A stretch of DNA of 64,000 bases, from positions 5,529,842 through 5,593,841 of the forward strand of contig MU053557.1 of the NCBI GenBank assembly GCA_013239625.1. Direction: 5' to 3'. Origin of the DNA: Lama guanicoe. Its lineage: Eukaryota. Position 1 is the first letter of the stretch, and each line of letters starts with the position of its first letter. Positions 35,601-48,903 of the stretch are shown one piece after another. A program made the translations under genes and the position numbers. The notes beneath the pieces are model-generated. The model searched no databases. It was not told the DNA's origin and saw only the letters and a list, made by a program, of their open reading frames with translations.

Positions 35601-38432
35601 CCACTAACTTGCCATGGGGCCGAGAGCCAGTCCCACTCTCTCAGGAAAACTCCTATTCACTCTTCAAAGCCCAGCCCAAATGTTATCCTCACTATAAACT
35701 TTCTCATAACTCTCTCAAAGCATGAGTCACTTTTGCTTTTGGGTTCCCACAGCATTCAGTGCAAACCTTCATTGTCTAACTTGGCCGTAAGATTCTACTC
35801 AGTTGTATGTACATGCTCTTGGGCCCAATGATATGTACTCATCCTTGTATTCCCAGCACTCAGGTGATGTTTCAAGGACACTCAATTACTTATGAAATGG
35901 AAAAATGAAGAATGACATTCAAAGGATTTTAGAGCCAGAAGGGGCCCAAGTCATTTTCAAGTTTATGTACCTTGACTTAAAAAGAAACTAAGGTCCAGGG
36001 GAGGGGAAAGACCTTGCCCAAGCTCACTCAGTGGTCAGGAGCAGAGCCCAGACTCGAACATAAATCCAATCAGAGTCCAAGCACAGATCCTTTGCTGGCA
36101 AACTAGGCAGCCACTTCTCTTTCCACACAGAGGCCTCAGTTTGCTCATCTGTAGGAGTGAGTTGGTTGGAATGAGACACCTCTAAAAACCTTCCAGTTCT
36201 CAAGTTTTATGAGACCAGTTCCCATGTGCCTGCCCACAAAGTTTATGTGGCCCCTGGATCCCGGTCACTCACACAGGCTAACGCCCCGAGGCAGGAGCAA
36301 GTGGTTAGCAGAACCCTGCATTCCTCATTTATTCATTCATATCCCATTCCTTCTTCTGTGGTCAAGGCACTCATGTGATCTGCTTATGGTGCCCTGCCTT
36401 TACTCAAGTCTTACAAGTCCCAGACTAAATAAGAAGGCTGGAACCTCACACATGTCTTAGAATCCTACTCCTTTTTCTCATGCCCAGGCATCCAAGTTAA
36501 GCGGAGACGTAAATTCTTGACACCTCCAAGCCAGGACCTGGGGTGGGTTTTTCTGTTTTGCTTTTCTTATCTTAAAGCTGTTTGTTGTTAGTTATCACTA
36601 GCTACTACTGCCATTTTTAAATACTATATGTCACATATAGTATTTCATTTAATCTGCATTAAAAACCTACAGAGCCTATTAAACCCATTCTACAGATGAT
36701 GAAACTGAGGCTCCCAAAAGTGCAGCAACGGGCCCAAGTTCAGACAGCTGGCAAGCAGTGGAGCTGATTTTTGAACCCAGGTCTGTGCAACTCATGCTCG
36801 GAATGTCTCAGTCACGCGGCCTCTGCAGACCACAGTCAAGCTAATGAACAATTAGATTTGATATAAGATGTACCCTAGGGCCCCGAGTTGTAATGAGCCT
36901 CTCTTCACAGGGGCTGGGCACCTTGGAATGCTGGTTTGTAAAGTGGGTGGGCCAGGTAAGAGTCACCGAAGCCTGTCTGCAAGTGAGTAACATGGGAAAC
37001 TGGCTCTCTCCAGCTTCACCAAACACGGCTGGATGCACTAACAAACACTAATGAGAGTAGTCAGCATCAGTCAGATGGAGCCAGCTGTAGGGCGCAGAGG
37101 GCAGACGCTGCCCAGCCACACGCAGCTAACTTTGCAGATTGGGGCGGGAGCTGGAATGCTGCCCTGCATGCTGCTCATTCCCCTGCCCAAACCAAAAGTC
37201 ATCTCTGGGGAGAGAAATGCTAACTTGTGCATCGCTCTGGGGAATGCAGATTCCTCTTCCCTCTTCTGGAGATAGGTCAACGTTTCGTCTTTTCCATCTG
37301 CCCCCACCCCCAACACATACATTGATTCCCCTTCCTCTTTCCTGTTCTCTCTCTCTGTTCCTCGATCTAAATGCTGAGCGCCAGATTGAAGGAAGAAAAG
37401 GCACCTACTTGACTCCCAGCTACAGGGCTCCTCTAAGCACTGGCCTCTCAGCCTTCTCTCGTACAGACCTGAAGTTGGGCACAGGCCCAGAATTTGGCCC
37501 TCCCTGACTCCGTGCCTCAGTTTCTCCCATCCAGGAAACAGGGAAACTACACAGCCCTGGTTCCTGAGATCACACCAGTGGCTTTTGAGTGGAACTTGGG
37601 AGAAAGCATGCCTTGGACCCCATCCAAGGAGGATTAGCTTCAGCCTTGCCAAAGGATTTTCTCCTAAGTGGCCAGAGTTTGCCTTCCACACCCCCACCTC
37701 CTGTTTCCCTGCTCTTTTAATCCTGTAATCCTACCACCTTGCCTGGGACAACTCCTTACCAAGAAAGTAGCACGTCTCCTTGGGGCTCCCAGCCAACTTG
37801 GGAGGGTTTCACAGATGAAAAAACAGGCTTGGAGAAATGATGTAACTAGTCTAAGGCTACACAGGTCAAGACACCCTGTGTGTGTTTTTCTCGGCCACCT
37901 ATCAATTCCTTGGTTTCTTCCCAATGTTGTCATCAAACAGTTGGGGGACCCTAATTCCTCCAGCGACATAGAAGCTTCCATTATTGACAGCCAAGTAGGT
38001 TATATGCAACTCGTTCAACCCTCATCACTCCTTTTCAAGATTAAAAACTGTTCTTCACTCCATTTTATGGATAAGAAAACTGAGGCTTAGAGAAGTGAAG
38101 TGATTTGCTCAGGGCCTCAGGGTATGTTAATAAAAGCAGCATTCAAGCTTCAGCGTCTCTTTCACATGTGTGGAGTGTGAATGTCCTAGAACATCAGAGG
38201 GAAAAGACCTCAAGCATGATCCAACCCATTCAGTGTACAGGTAGAGAAATCAAGGCCCAGAAGGGCAAAGGACTTACTAATGATCACACAGCCAACTGGA
38301 GACATAAGACAGAATTAGCCCTGAGCTCTGGTTTCCCAGGTCCCAACGGGGGACTGTCAGTACAGGGGAAACCTACAGCTGGGTTTATTTGGGGCTTGGA
38401 CCACCAGCATCAGCAGCCCGGCCTGTGCCTAC

Positions 38433-38743
38433 CTGCCGGTGAGAAGTTGGCTCCGCGAAGGCGTGCAGATGGGCTGAATATAATAGTTTTCCAATTTGAC
38501 ACCCTCGGCCGCCAGCCGGTCCAGCGTAGGGGTTTCGATATCTGAGCCATGGTAGCCCACGTCGTGGTAGCCCTGGTCGTCGGTGAGGATGAAAATGATG
38601 TGGGGAGGCTGGGATGGGGCGGCCGAGGGCTGCTCGCTGGCCTCCGCGGGTGCGTCGGCCACCAGGCTGGGCTTGGCCCAGTTCCAGGACAGGTAACCGA
38701 AGCTGAGCAGGCTGACCAGAGAGAAGCCGGTGAGGGCGTGCAT
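38433..38743 (-). CDS. ARSI: ARSI coding exon 1 (311 nt): signal peptide, DD metal ligands and formylglycine motif CTPSR
   Basis: [20 protein letters not shown]...[21 protein letters not shown]...[14 protein letters not shown](R); Cys codon at 38467-38465; donor GTAGGC at 38432-38427. With exon 2 gives 1713 nt = 570 aa plus stop. An in-frame ATG also lies 6 nt upstream (38749). Confidence 0.97.
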
Positions 38744-39420
38744 CGCCATGCCGGCCCGTGCGTCCCGGCGCGCAGGGCTCCCAGGGCCTCCCCGCCTCGC
38801 GCGCCCTGGGCGCACGGCCCGCACGCCCGCCAGCCGGCCGGTCCCGACGCTTGGAGAGCGCTCAGCGTTCCCCGAGGGCGGCCCAGCGGCGGGTCCGGGG
38901 CTGGCTGGACGGCGAGGTCGGACCTGTGTGGCCGCAGAGGGGCGCTCCGGGGAGGTCAGGCCCGCGCCGAGCTTCCTCCCGCCGCCTGAGCGCCCGCCCG
39001 GAGCCGCCCTCGCTCCCTCTCCCCCAGTTCAGCCGGGCCAGCCTGAGACTCGGTGTGGAGGCTTCCAAAAAGTGCTCTCCACCATCCTCTGACTCCCCTC
39101 TTCCTTCTAGCCCTCGATTTCTCCCGCCTCCTAATTTCTCTCCCCTCTGCTTTCCCTTTCTCCTCCTCCCGACCCTCCAGACCCCGGGCCGGCCTCTCGC
39201 CCCGCCCGGAGTCCCGAGAACAGTCGGCTCCCCGTAGGGAGGTGGGCAGGACCCCAGCGGGGAAGGGGAGGGAGGCAAGGATTGGGCGGGTCTGTGGGGG
39301 ACACCGCTGGAGAGAATGCGAAAAAGTTGTAACATCTGCCGGACCGAGCCCCAGGTGGAGGGGAGGGGCGTCCAGCGGCGGCTCCGCCCCCGGGCGGGAA
39401 GCCCAGGCCGGCTGGGCCCT
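38440..39420. promoter_or_regulatory. ARSI: ARSI CpG island and promoter, with GC boxes near 39383-39398
   Basis: Very high GC and CpG density over exon 1 and upstream; ctccgccccc and gggcgg GC-box motifs. Confidence 0.8.
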
Positions 39421-41119
39421 CTGGCTCCAGCCTCCGCCCTGGCCAGACTCAGGAAAGGAGGGAGGGGGGCTCCTTGGAATTCGATGGAATAGCTCTGGAA
39501 TGGCCCGGTCAGACATTCCTCGATCATGGAGTCTCAGCTTCTCTGAGTGCCAGTCCTGGAAGGAACATGCAAAAATTTCTATTCCAACCGGGTCATTCTA
39601 CAGCTGGAGAAACTGAGGCTCTGAGATGGCAGGGAACACGTCTATATCACAGAGCAAGATAGTTCTTCCCTGGGCTGCACAATGGTTGTTTGAGTGGCAG
39701 CAGAGACAGCAATGGAGAATAGAGACAACTTTGGCAAGCACCAGGGGCTGGAAATCAGGAAACTAGGTTCTGGTCTTGCCAGCTTCCCTCTCTCCCCAAC
39801 TCCTCCCCCTCCTCATTCTACAATTCACAGCTAGACTCTTAGACTGCCAGTGCTAGAATCCAGAGGGCAGGAGCTGTTGTATACATCTTGTTATGCACAG
39901 GGTCCAGAAGCTCAATCAGTGTATACTGCAGGTATGAATGGATGAATGGGCCTTGAGTGTCACCCAGGCCAACACCCACCCAAGGAAATCTCTGCAACAG
40001 GGAAGGCAAGCTTGGGGCACTCCTGGGCCAGGCAAGTATCATAAATGAGTAAAGAAGGGGACTGCTGTATTGCCAGAGGAAGGCATGGGCTGCATGGAGC
40101 AAAAGGCTGCAGCCTTGTGTCCAGCTAACCATTGTCATGCAAGAATCTGGACTGGTGTTTTCAGATCTTCTGATTTTCCAAGAACGCCCAAATCCAGATT
40201 ATAATGAGAAACATTCCAATTGTTAAGAGCTAATAACTAATTTAAAGCAAATGTAAGCACTATACAGGCCAAATCAAATCTATCTGAGGACTATTTTAGG
40301 CCATTAGGTACCTGTTTGCAACTTCCACCCTGCATCGTTTTCCAGATTTTAACTAGGCTGTATTTTTTAATGGGAAAACTGAATTAAACAAAACCAATTA
40401 GGCTTTTTTTTTTTAACTACTGGGAGTTCAGTCTTTAATATACTGATCTCCAAAAGCAGGCGTTGCTAAAACAGTATTTCCCAATTTTATGTGACCAAGG
40501 ACCCTCTTTTTCACAGAGCTTCTCCAAAAGCCGGTGTTTGGGGAACTTTGAAAAACAAAAACTGCCCAGGTGGGTCTTCTCTCTCAGCATCTTTCCCCTG
40601 CCAATATTCTGCCGTGATCCCTTCCCTTTTCTTTAAAACCACTGCGTGTGGGGAAAGAAACCAGACTTCCAAAATAGCAGCCCAAGTGAATCTGCATTTT
40701 GAAATGAGGGCTGCGTGGGGCTGACCACTCTTGTTTGCTCAGAGCCCCATATTTAGGATGACCAGATTTATCAGAAGGGAAAACTGAGCCTGTTGTTCTG
40801 GCAGAAGAAATGTTGAGGACAGACAGGAAAAATACAGCTTCCTGAGGGAACGCTGCTAAAATGGTGCTTCCGGAGGCTTCAGCCTGAGGCTGTCCAGGGG
40901 GTCAAAGTGAGACAGGTCACAGGAGGTCAGGTGGATTTGGGCTTTGTGTTCTTTGCATTGTCCCAGACTTGAGGCAGGAGGAACTGGAGATATAGAATGA
41001 GGAGGAAACGGCAAGGGGGAAAGGGTGGGGATTCAGCCTAGAAGAACTAGGTCCAAGGAGGCCAGCTCACAGGCTGCCGGCTGCCACAGGGACAAGACCA
41101 GCAGAATTTCTGAACGCTC

Positions 41120-41320
41120 AAGGCTGTGGGTTCTGACATCAGACTACTTGAGTTTAAATCCTGCCACTTATTTGGGGTCAAGCCTTGGGCAAAGTATTTT
41201 GCCTCTCTCAGCCTCAATTTCTTCATCTGAAAATTGGGATGATAATATAAATGAGATATAATACAGTGCTCAGTAAATGCCCAGCCCATGGTAAGCACTC
41301 AGTGAATGTGAATGGTTACG
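41120..41320 (+). mobile_element. MIR SINE
   Basis: tcagactacttgagtttaaatcctgccactta...ccttgggcaaagt...gcctcaatttcttcatctgaaaattgggatgataata. Confidence 0.75.
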
Positions 41321-42374
41321 ATGATTGTTCTCTGGGCTTCTGAGAGAAAAGGCTTAGTCCTGTAGGTGAAAGTTACTGGGAAACAGATTTCAGGCCAATT
41401 TAAGGGATTGCTTTTGTAGGAGATCTGGCAGCTTGCTTAATAAAAGGATGGCAGTGATGGGTGAATCACCATGTGGAGAGGAGTGGGTGGACTCTTGTTC
41501 CCCAATATTCACATTTCTTTTAAGAGTCTTCAGTAATCACTGAAACCCACAGTGGCTTCAGAGGGCTCCATCTCCCCTCTAATGTTCTAGGGAAATAAAC
41601 ACTGACCCTCAACTCTTCCTTCAATGCCATTACACAACTGGGCCAGGCTGCAACACTGAAGCCAGACATTTCCAAAGGCTCAGGGATGACAAGGGGGGAA
41701 ATAAAACACAAAGAGTACTGTGAATCCAGGTCATGTCACTTTCAAGATGTGGCTCACTCATCTTCCCTTTGTGTTCTCTACTGTATGCCAGCTGCCCTCT
41801 TCCCTGGGACAATGTCCATCAGCTCTACCCCCATCCAGGTAGACACTCAAGAACTCCAAGACGTCTCAAGTTCAGGCCCAAGAAGTAAGGCTCAGAGAAA
41901 CAGAAGTTCCCTCTCCAGCTAAACCAGCCTTTGCAGTTTGCATGTCAGGACCATCTGTTTACAAGATGACTGACAACCGGGAAGCCCCGTGCCCCTCATT
42001 CACGTAGGTGCACACTTACCTCGTAACCCCCAAAGGACAGCTGCATCGAAACCCTACAAGAAGCCTAACACCTGCACGCGAAATGCAGATCAGATGTGGC
42101 AGATCTCCATTGATGAAATCAGACTTCAAAAAGCACTGAGCTCCTCATTACTGGAACTGTGCAAGGAGGGGATAAAGTGCCCATCTGTCCAGGAGGTAAT
42201 AGGAGAGATTCTTGAACTAGAGATTCAAAAACTCAAAGACTTTTTGAAAGTTCTTTCCAGCCTGAAAATATTATGAACCTAATTATTTAGCCCCAGAAAA
42301 TTTTTTAGTACACGGAGCTATAAAAGTGAAAAATGGGTGAGTCTTTTTTTGTCACTTTGTCTTTCATTGCTATG

Positions 42375-42450
42375 CGTGGTATGTGTGTGTGTAGGTGTGT
42401 GTGTATTTGTGTAGAGGTGTGTGTGTGTGTGTGTAGGTGTGTATGTATGT
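42375..42450. repeat. Imperfect (TG)n microsatellite
   Basis: Seen directly. Confidence 0.8.
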
Positions 42451-44332
42451 TTAGCCATCTTTGAACTAAAATTATCTTCGTACAGATATTATTTCCTTCT
42501 GACTTAATTGACCTTGGCAAAAATCTTATGCACAGATTATGCATGCTGCCGTCCTCTGGAAGTCAGTTTGCCTAGGCTGGACCAAATCAAGGACCTGAAA
42601 GAAAACATAGACAGTCTCTGGACAGACAAAAATGTTACAGAGTTCAATCTTCTAACTTAGAGGAGAGCTCCTCAGGCCTTCCTCACTCCAAGTCTATTGA
42701 CTCTTCCTCCATACACAATTCTTGCAAGGCTAATGACTTTACTTCCCAGCCCAAGAATGCTGGAAGCAGCTCGGAGGGAATACATAAGAAGGTGGCTTGA
42801 GGGACTTGCCTGTTTATAATAATACAGTTTCATAGTGAAAACATTAGGAAGAAACAAAAGAATAAGCATAAAAATCAGGCTGGTAAATTCCAAAAGCCCA
42901 GGAGTTTGGGGCCATTTGGTGCAGGAGCAAAGAGCCATATCCACCAGAATAGAACCAAGGACATCACCGTATCGCAGCCCAGCATAGAACTGACTGACGG
43001 AATGCCCTCCAGAGTTTAAATCCTGTTCAGTATCCTCTTTTTAAGAAAGCTGGGGAAGACATCAATGATTTTTCCCATCCAAAATGATTACTATGACAAG
43101 TTCATGGTCTAAGCTCAGCTTCAGTTGTAGAACAGCCTAAAGTTGCAGACTCAGGAGGCGGTACCGTCTGCAGTGGTGCCGTGGTGATGAGGATGCTGCA
43201 CTGCTATGATGCTGGAGCTCAGGCTCAGCACCCGTGGGGCACGCTCCCCGGTGGAAGGCCTGGCTCATCTACCTTCTGCCTCCTCTTTGCAGCCCAGCAT
43301 TATGTCTCTGTAGCTTGAAAGGGCGAGTGGTGCTCAGGAAAGCAGCACCCTGAGTGGGAGCATGGGAATACAGACCTCAGCAGGAGGGAGTTCCACAGGT
43401 GCCTTTGTTCACCTCGTCTAGCGATCACTGGTTCTCACTTTAAACCCCATGCTCTCAACCAAATTAAGACTAATTAAGTGCATCATTCATTATAGTCAAT
43501 TAATGATCTATGGTAAGGCCAGGGGTGTTTAATAAAGCCACGGAGAATGTATAGCCTTATGGAGAATGTATCGCCAGGGCCCTAGCTAATGGTACATGAA
43601 AGAAGTCCAGGGAGAGACCAGCCTGCCCAGATGAGCTGGTCTCCACAGTGGGCAGGCTGAGGGGCATCTGAGGCCTGGTTCCTGCTGGATTGTGTTGTAT
43701 TTGGGCAAAATTGTTCTGGGAGGAAAAGTGCTTTCCTCCTTGATGCCGGGGCACCCCCTTTAGCATTTCCGGGGGAGACACACATCCCCCTGACCCTTGC
43801 TTCCGGGCCCTCTTGGTGGTCTCGCTGAGTGCCCCTTGTCTGTCAGGATCCCGTTATCACACATCTGAGCCTGGAGTGGCAAGAGCCTGGGCACCCGAAG
43901 CCCCTTGCCTTTAACCCTTCCCGGGGCCCCGGCCCTGGGCATTTCAATGGCTCCTTTCTCTGGCGCTCAATGAAACATTCTTTCGAGCAGATTATTGAAA
44001 GCAGAGCTCTGGGTACACAATGGGCGCTCTGTGCTCACAGCCGCTGCCCAATCTGTTTGCCCAGTCCGACTGCGGCCTCGCCTCTCCGCACACTCCCCAC
44101 CCTCCACCTACCCGACCCCGGCCCCACCTCGAGGCCAGCTCAAAGGGAGGCCGTATGAAAGGACTTGTTCTCCGCCTTCTCAGAAGTTCCCGCCGTGGCC
44201 TCTGCCAGCCATGGGAGGCATTAGCTGTCCCAGGCCTGCCTCCGGCTCATTCATCCATCCATCTGGGGCTTTGCCCACTTTGATGTCCTGAGGCTTCTGT
44301 CCTCACCGGGCAGCTGAAATCTCTCTCTTTCT

Positions 44333-44408
44333 TACACACACACACACACACGTAGATACGGGTGCACACAAACATACACACACACATACACACACATATA
44401 CACACACA
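44333..44408. repeat. Imperfect (CA)n microsatellite
   Basis: Seen directly. Confidence 0.8.
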
Positions 44409-44594
44409 GATGGGACTTTCAAAGAAAGAGGTGAAGTCTCAGAGAATCAGATGGAGAGTGGGGGCCACTGAGTCCCAGATAAATGGAAGGGCTCCTAAAA
44501 GTAAGGATGGCAGGCTGCCCACAAGCGCCGCTGTCCCCTGCCCCCTGCCCCCAACCCCGAGGCTCCAAGTTCCTTGCAGGTTCAGGGAAGGCAG

Positions 44595-44850
44595 GAGTAT
44601 CCCAGTTAAATGTGAGGCCCCCGGGCCAGATTCCCTGTGTTCCAGCCCAGCTCTGCCATTGGCTTAGTTATCTGTGCTAACCTCACAGTTCCCTAGTTTT
44701 CTTATCTGTAAAGTGCAAATAATAACAGCACCCACCTCATAGGACTGTTGTCAAGATTGTAATAGACAAGGCAAGTGAAACTCAGCACAGAGCCCGGTGC
44801 ATAATAAGCTCTCGTGAACGGACAGCTTTTGTTACTACTGTTACTATACT
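44595..44850 (+). mobile_element. MIR SINE
   Basis: cccagctctgcca...agttttcttatctgtaaagtg..aataataacagcacccacctcataggactgttgt...cagcacagagcccgg. Confidence 0.7.
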
Positions 44851-46884
44851 TAGAGTCTATTCCTACAAGTGTATGGCCTCAGGGGCAAATATCTACATTC
44901 CCCTAATCAAGTCATTCCTCTCCTCCAAAATTTTCAATGGCTACCACCTGCTTGCAGTAAAAAAGAAATTCAGTTCCTTGGCCTGGCACTTAGGGGTAGA
45001 ACTTTGAATTCTTCCTTCATCATAGTCACTGGATACATAGAAGATAAATGGCTCCCACCACTGTATTACAGTTGTCATTGTCATAATTTACTGTACTACT
45101 TGGAAAAACTGGCTTTTCACATAAATATATAAGGAGACCCTGCCTGGGGGGAAAAAGACTCTGAATCAATATCAAATTGAAATTTGAAAATAATAATATA
45201 ATAGCTTACATGCATTGGACATCTACTATGTGCCTGGTACCATTCATAACTCTAGATCTGTTATCTCAAAATTCTCAGGTAGGCCTACGATGTAGGTCAA
45301 ATTACTACCATCATCCACATCTTACAGATGGAGAAACTGAGAATCAAAGAAAGAGTAAGTAAGTGCCCAGGGTCACACATTGGGAAATGCTAGGATTTGA
45401 ACCTAGGTCTAAAATCTAATGACTGCTGTGTTGAATACCACACCATTCTCCCTTCCATTAGAGACATCTGGCCTGCCAAGAGGATCTTTACTTCCACTTT
45501 CCCTTCTGCACTTGAGTGGTTAAATGTCAAGTCTCTCACTGTCCTGAAATGCCCTGGCAGACCCAGGGGCCCCGGGGGGCTCTGAATGGGCTGGAAATGT
45601 CACAGATACAGACTCTGGGAGGCTCCCTTGCACCAGCACCCTGGGTGGGGCTGCCTTTCGCACTGCTTTGCCCCTCAGGCCCCGAGTGAGAATGTAGCAC
45701 CTTGAAAGCCTGCTCTTGGGCCTGTTCCCTGGCCTCAAATCCCTCTCTCTGAGGCCCCACTGCCGACTCCAGTAGCTTTGAGACATCCCAAAGCCCTTCA
45801 AGGCAGAGGCTTCCCCTGGCTGTCTATCTTCTCCGACCCAGATGTCACCTGTCAGCTCTGCTTCCCTGTGAAACAAGAGTCAGCCTCTCAGGGCAGCAAT
45901 CATGCTGGGCTTTTTCTTCTCAGGGACAGCCCAGCCCAGCCCCCGCTGCCTCCTGGCCTTGGCTAGACAGTTCCAAGGCAGGGATGCACACTAATGACAG
46001 GGATGAGGCTTGCCTCTGTTCCCATGGCAACTGCTGCGCTCTACTTAGTCAATCACTTTTTGAAGCTCCTGCTGGTGTGAAAGTTATTTTGCAAAGAAAT
46101 GCTTAACTCTTATCCAGGAACTCTGCTCCGGGTCTTCAGGTCCTTCCAGGTCCCTTACAAAGTTGATTTTCTCTTTCCTCCCTTTACTGAAGTTCTTTCA
46201 TCTTTAAAGCTCCGCTCAAATCCCACCTCTTCGAAGAGACCTTTCCAGATCCCCTCACCCCTCCCCTCCCCATGTGGAGTCGCTCTCTTGCTCCCCACAC
46301 TCCCCTGGGGCATGTTTATGGCTTTATTAGATCACAGTCTGCCTGTTTCACAGTTATTATGTGTCTCCTTCTGAGCCCCTGGTGAGTGATCAGCCCATAG
46401 TAGGTGCTAAACAAACATTTGTTTGAATTTATTTGAATTTCCCTTTCACGGTTTTTAAAAATTACTATTATTAACAGTACAGACCATTACTAATAATCCC
46501 TTATGCTTGTAAAATTATTTACAGTTTATATATAGCTTCATGCTTGAGGGCACGGCTTTAAACCTCAGCTCCACCCTTGCTAGCTGTGTGACAGCATGCA
46601 AGCCTTGTAACTGCTCTCAACCTGCTTCTCATCAGTAAAATGGATTGTTGTAAATATTAAAATAAATGTGTAAATAGTTTACTTAGCACAGGGCCAGATA
46701 TCTAGTGATGCCTCAATAAATGTTAGCTGTTATTAGAACTCGTGGTCTCATTTGAACCCCACAAAAGCTCTGGGATGTGGAGAGGGGCAGAGCTTTCATT
46801 AGTGTCACCATCAATGACACACGAAGAGACAGAGGCTCAGAGAGGGGAAGAGTTGCCCAGATGTTCGGACATCAGTCTAGTGCT

Positions 46885-47340
46885 GTGGGGCACATGCTGT
46901 CTGCTTTGGAGCCATTTCCCCGTTCCTGGGGACAGAACCCAGATTTTCCTTTGCAGAACTCCTCCTCCCCACTGGTGGGTCAACTCCAGGGACAGGCTGG
47001 GACAGTCAGAGCATCAGATATCTCCCGGCCACAGTGATTAGTTCAGGGAAGGACAAATGACCCAAGTCTGTCTAGTGAGACTCGATTCTGAGATTTTTGT
47101 TTGCATTTTTGAGAACAAGATTGTCTCTTTTCTGCTGGACTATCAGCCTGGGCCTGCCTGGGGCTAACCCTAACAGAGAGGAAAGCAGACAGCAGAGGCA
47201 GAGGCAGCTAGATCTGTGATAACATCATCTGAGCATGTGAATCCTGAACCTAGAACCCCCTGGACATCAGCGAAGTAACCAACACAGTCTTTCTTGTGCT
47301 AGTTTGCGTTGCTGTCTATCACTTGCGACTGAATAAGTAC
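46885..47340 (+). mobile_element. Old MaLR LTR (MLT1K/L-like)
   Basis: cccggccacagtgattagttcaggga...tgacccaag and terminal ...ctatcacttgcgactgaa. Confidence 0.55.
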
Positions 47341-48224
47341 CAACTACTGCTCCCCGACACAGAAGCCAAGTATCTATCCGGCTCATTCACTCGACAAATA
47401 CTGAGCACCGTGTGCCGTCCACTCACCTGGACTGAGACCACAGGGGTAGACCAGACAAAGCACCAGGCCCCCTTGGGACTGGTAAGTCTATTGTCATCCC
47501 ACTTCACATACGAAGACACTGAGGCTCAGAGAGAGGAATGCCCCAAAGTACCAGTCCTTCAGATAATACAGAATGCCAAGGTCCTGAGCAAGGCAGGAGC
47601 TGAGGCAGGCAGCTGGGACGGGTCAGCCACTGGCAGGAAGCGCTGAGTTAGGGATTCGTGAGTTTTTGCTCAGCCCAGGTCAAAGCAGGAAGGTTCTGGC
47701 CCAAGGGCTAAAGTTGGATGCAGAGGCTGAGGCTCTAATCCCCTGGGCTCAGAGCTCCAGGGAGGGGACAGTTTCCTGGGAGTAGCATGGCTCTGAGGTC
47801 TGATTTGGGGGATTTGACTCCCATGCTCTTGGCTTAATGGACAACCTCTTCTTTTGAGCTGGAACTCTGGTTTTTAAAAGCTGTCCAGCATCAAGATAAT
47901 CCTGGGGGGATAAATCTAGGAGGAGGCTGCTTCTCCCAGGGGCTTTCACTATATTTCTCAAAGGGAAAGGCCCCATTTTCTAGCCTAAACTGAGGCTAGT
48001 TTTTCTGTTTCATCTGATGACTCACCCTTGGGAAAGCCCAGTCTCTCCAGGGCCGGGCCCCTCTGGGAGGCTGTGATGTCTAGAAGTTGGATTTGCACTC
48101 AGCTTGCTTTATCTGTCTCAGACTCATCCGTGTCTAGCACAGGGTCTGGCATATAGTAGATGAAAAAATTTTTCTCAAACGAATGTTTGTGGGGTTTTTT
48201 AAGATGGAGAGAGGCGCCCATCCT

Positions 48225-48900
48225 GAGGCAGACTGATGCTGAAACGAGTACATCTTAAGCCTCAGGATCCCTCGCTGGCACGAGCCCCTCCCTAACCCCT
48301 GGGAGGGGCCCTAGCAATGTGTTCGCATGGTCATGTGCTTCTGTGAAATTTGCACAAGTCATTTTAACTGCAGTGGGTTGAGATCACTGACTCTTCTCTG
48401 ACCTCCTTCCTCGCTGTCATGTTTTCCTCATGTCGGATGGCTTTAGAATGGCTGTGGCATTTTGGGGTCTGGCTAAGGGGAAGATGAACTGGGGAAACAT
48501 TTAGTTTGCGTATGGTGACTGTGTAAGTTCCACGTCTAGTTAAGTCAGCTGTCTTGTATAGAAATGGCTTACAGGACCCTCTTTCTGTCCACTGAGCCCA
48601 CTCACTTGTACAACGGCCCGGGCTCTGAGCTTTCACACTGATGTGAGTGTGTCCCCCAGCATCTCACAGCAGAACTCCTTGTCTTGGAGAGGACAGACAG
48701 TTTGAAATCTGGGGAGCCAGAAACTAGGCTGTGGAAAATTTTTCCAGTTATCAGGCCTGTCCAATTGTAAGCAGAGGACTTGGTGCTCAGAGGTACTTAG
48801 ACACAATGGAAGTTATTTCCTGCCAGGAATATTCCCTGTAACACAACTGATACAATTATATGCACACCACAACTTTTTTTTCCCCTTTTGATAAGTATCA
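48225..48900. mobile_element. hAT-Tip100 DNA transposon relic (Arthur1-like)
   Basis: cttaagcctcagg...cctgggaggggccctagcaatgtgttcgcatggtcat...ggctaaggggaag...acatttagtttg resembles the Arthur1 consensus as recalled. Confidence 0.6.
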
Positions 48901-48903
48901 TTT

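Noticed and set aside
38549..39616. Several 120-220 aa ORFs across the ARSI CpG island
   Set aside because: Pro/Gly/Arg-rich translations expected from stop-poor GC-rich DNA; no domain recognised.
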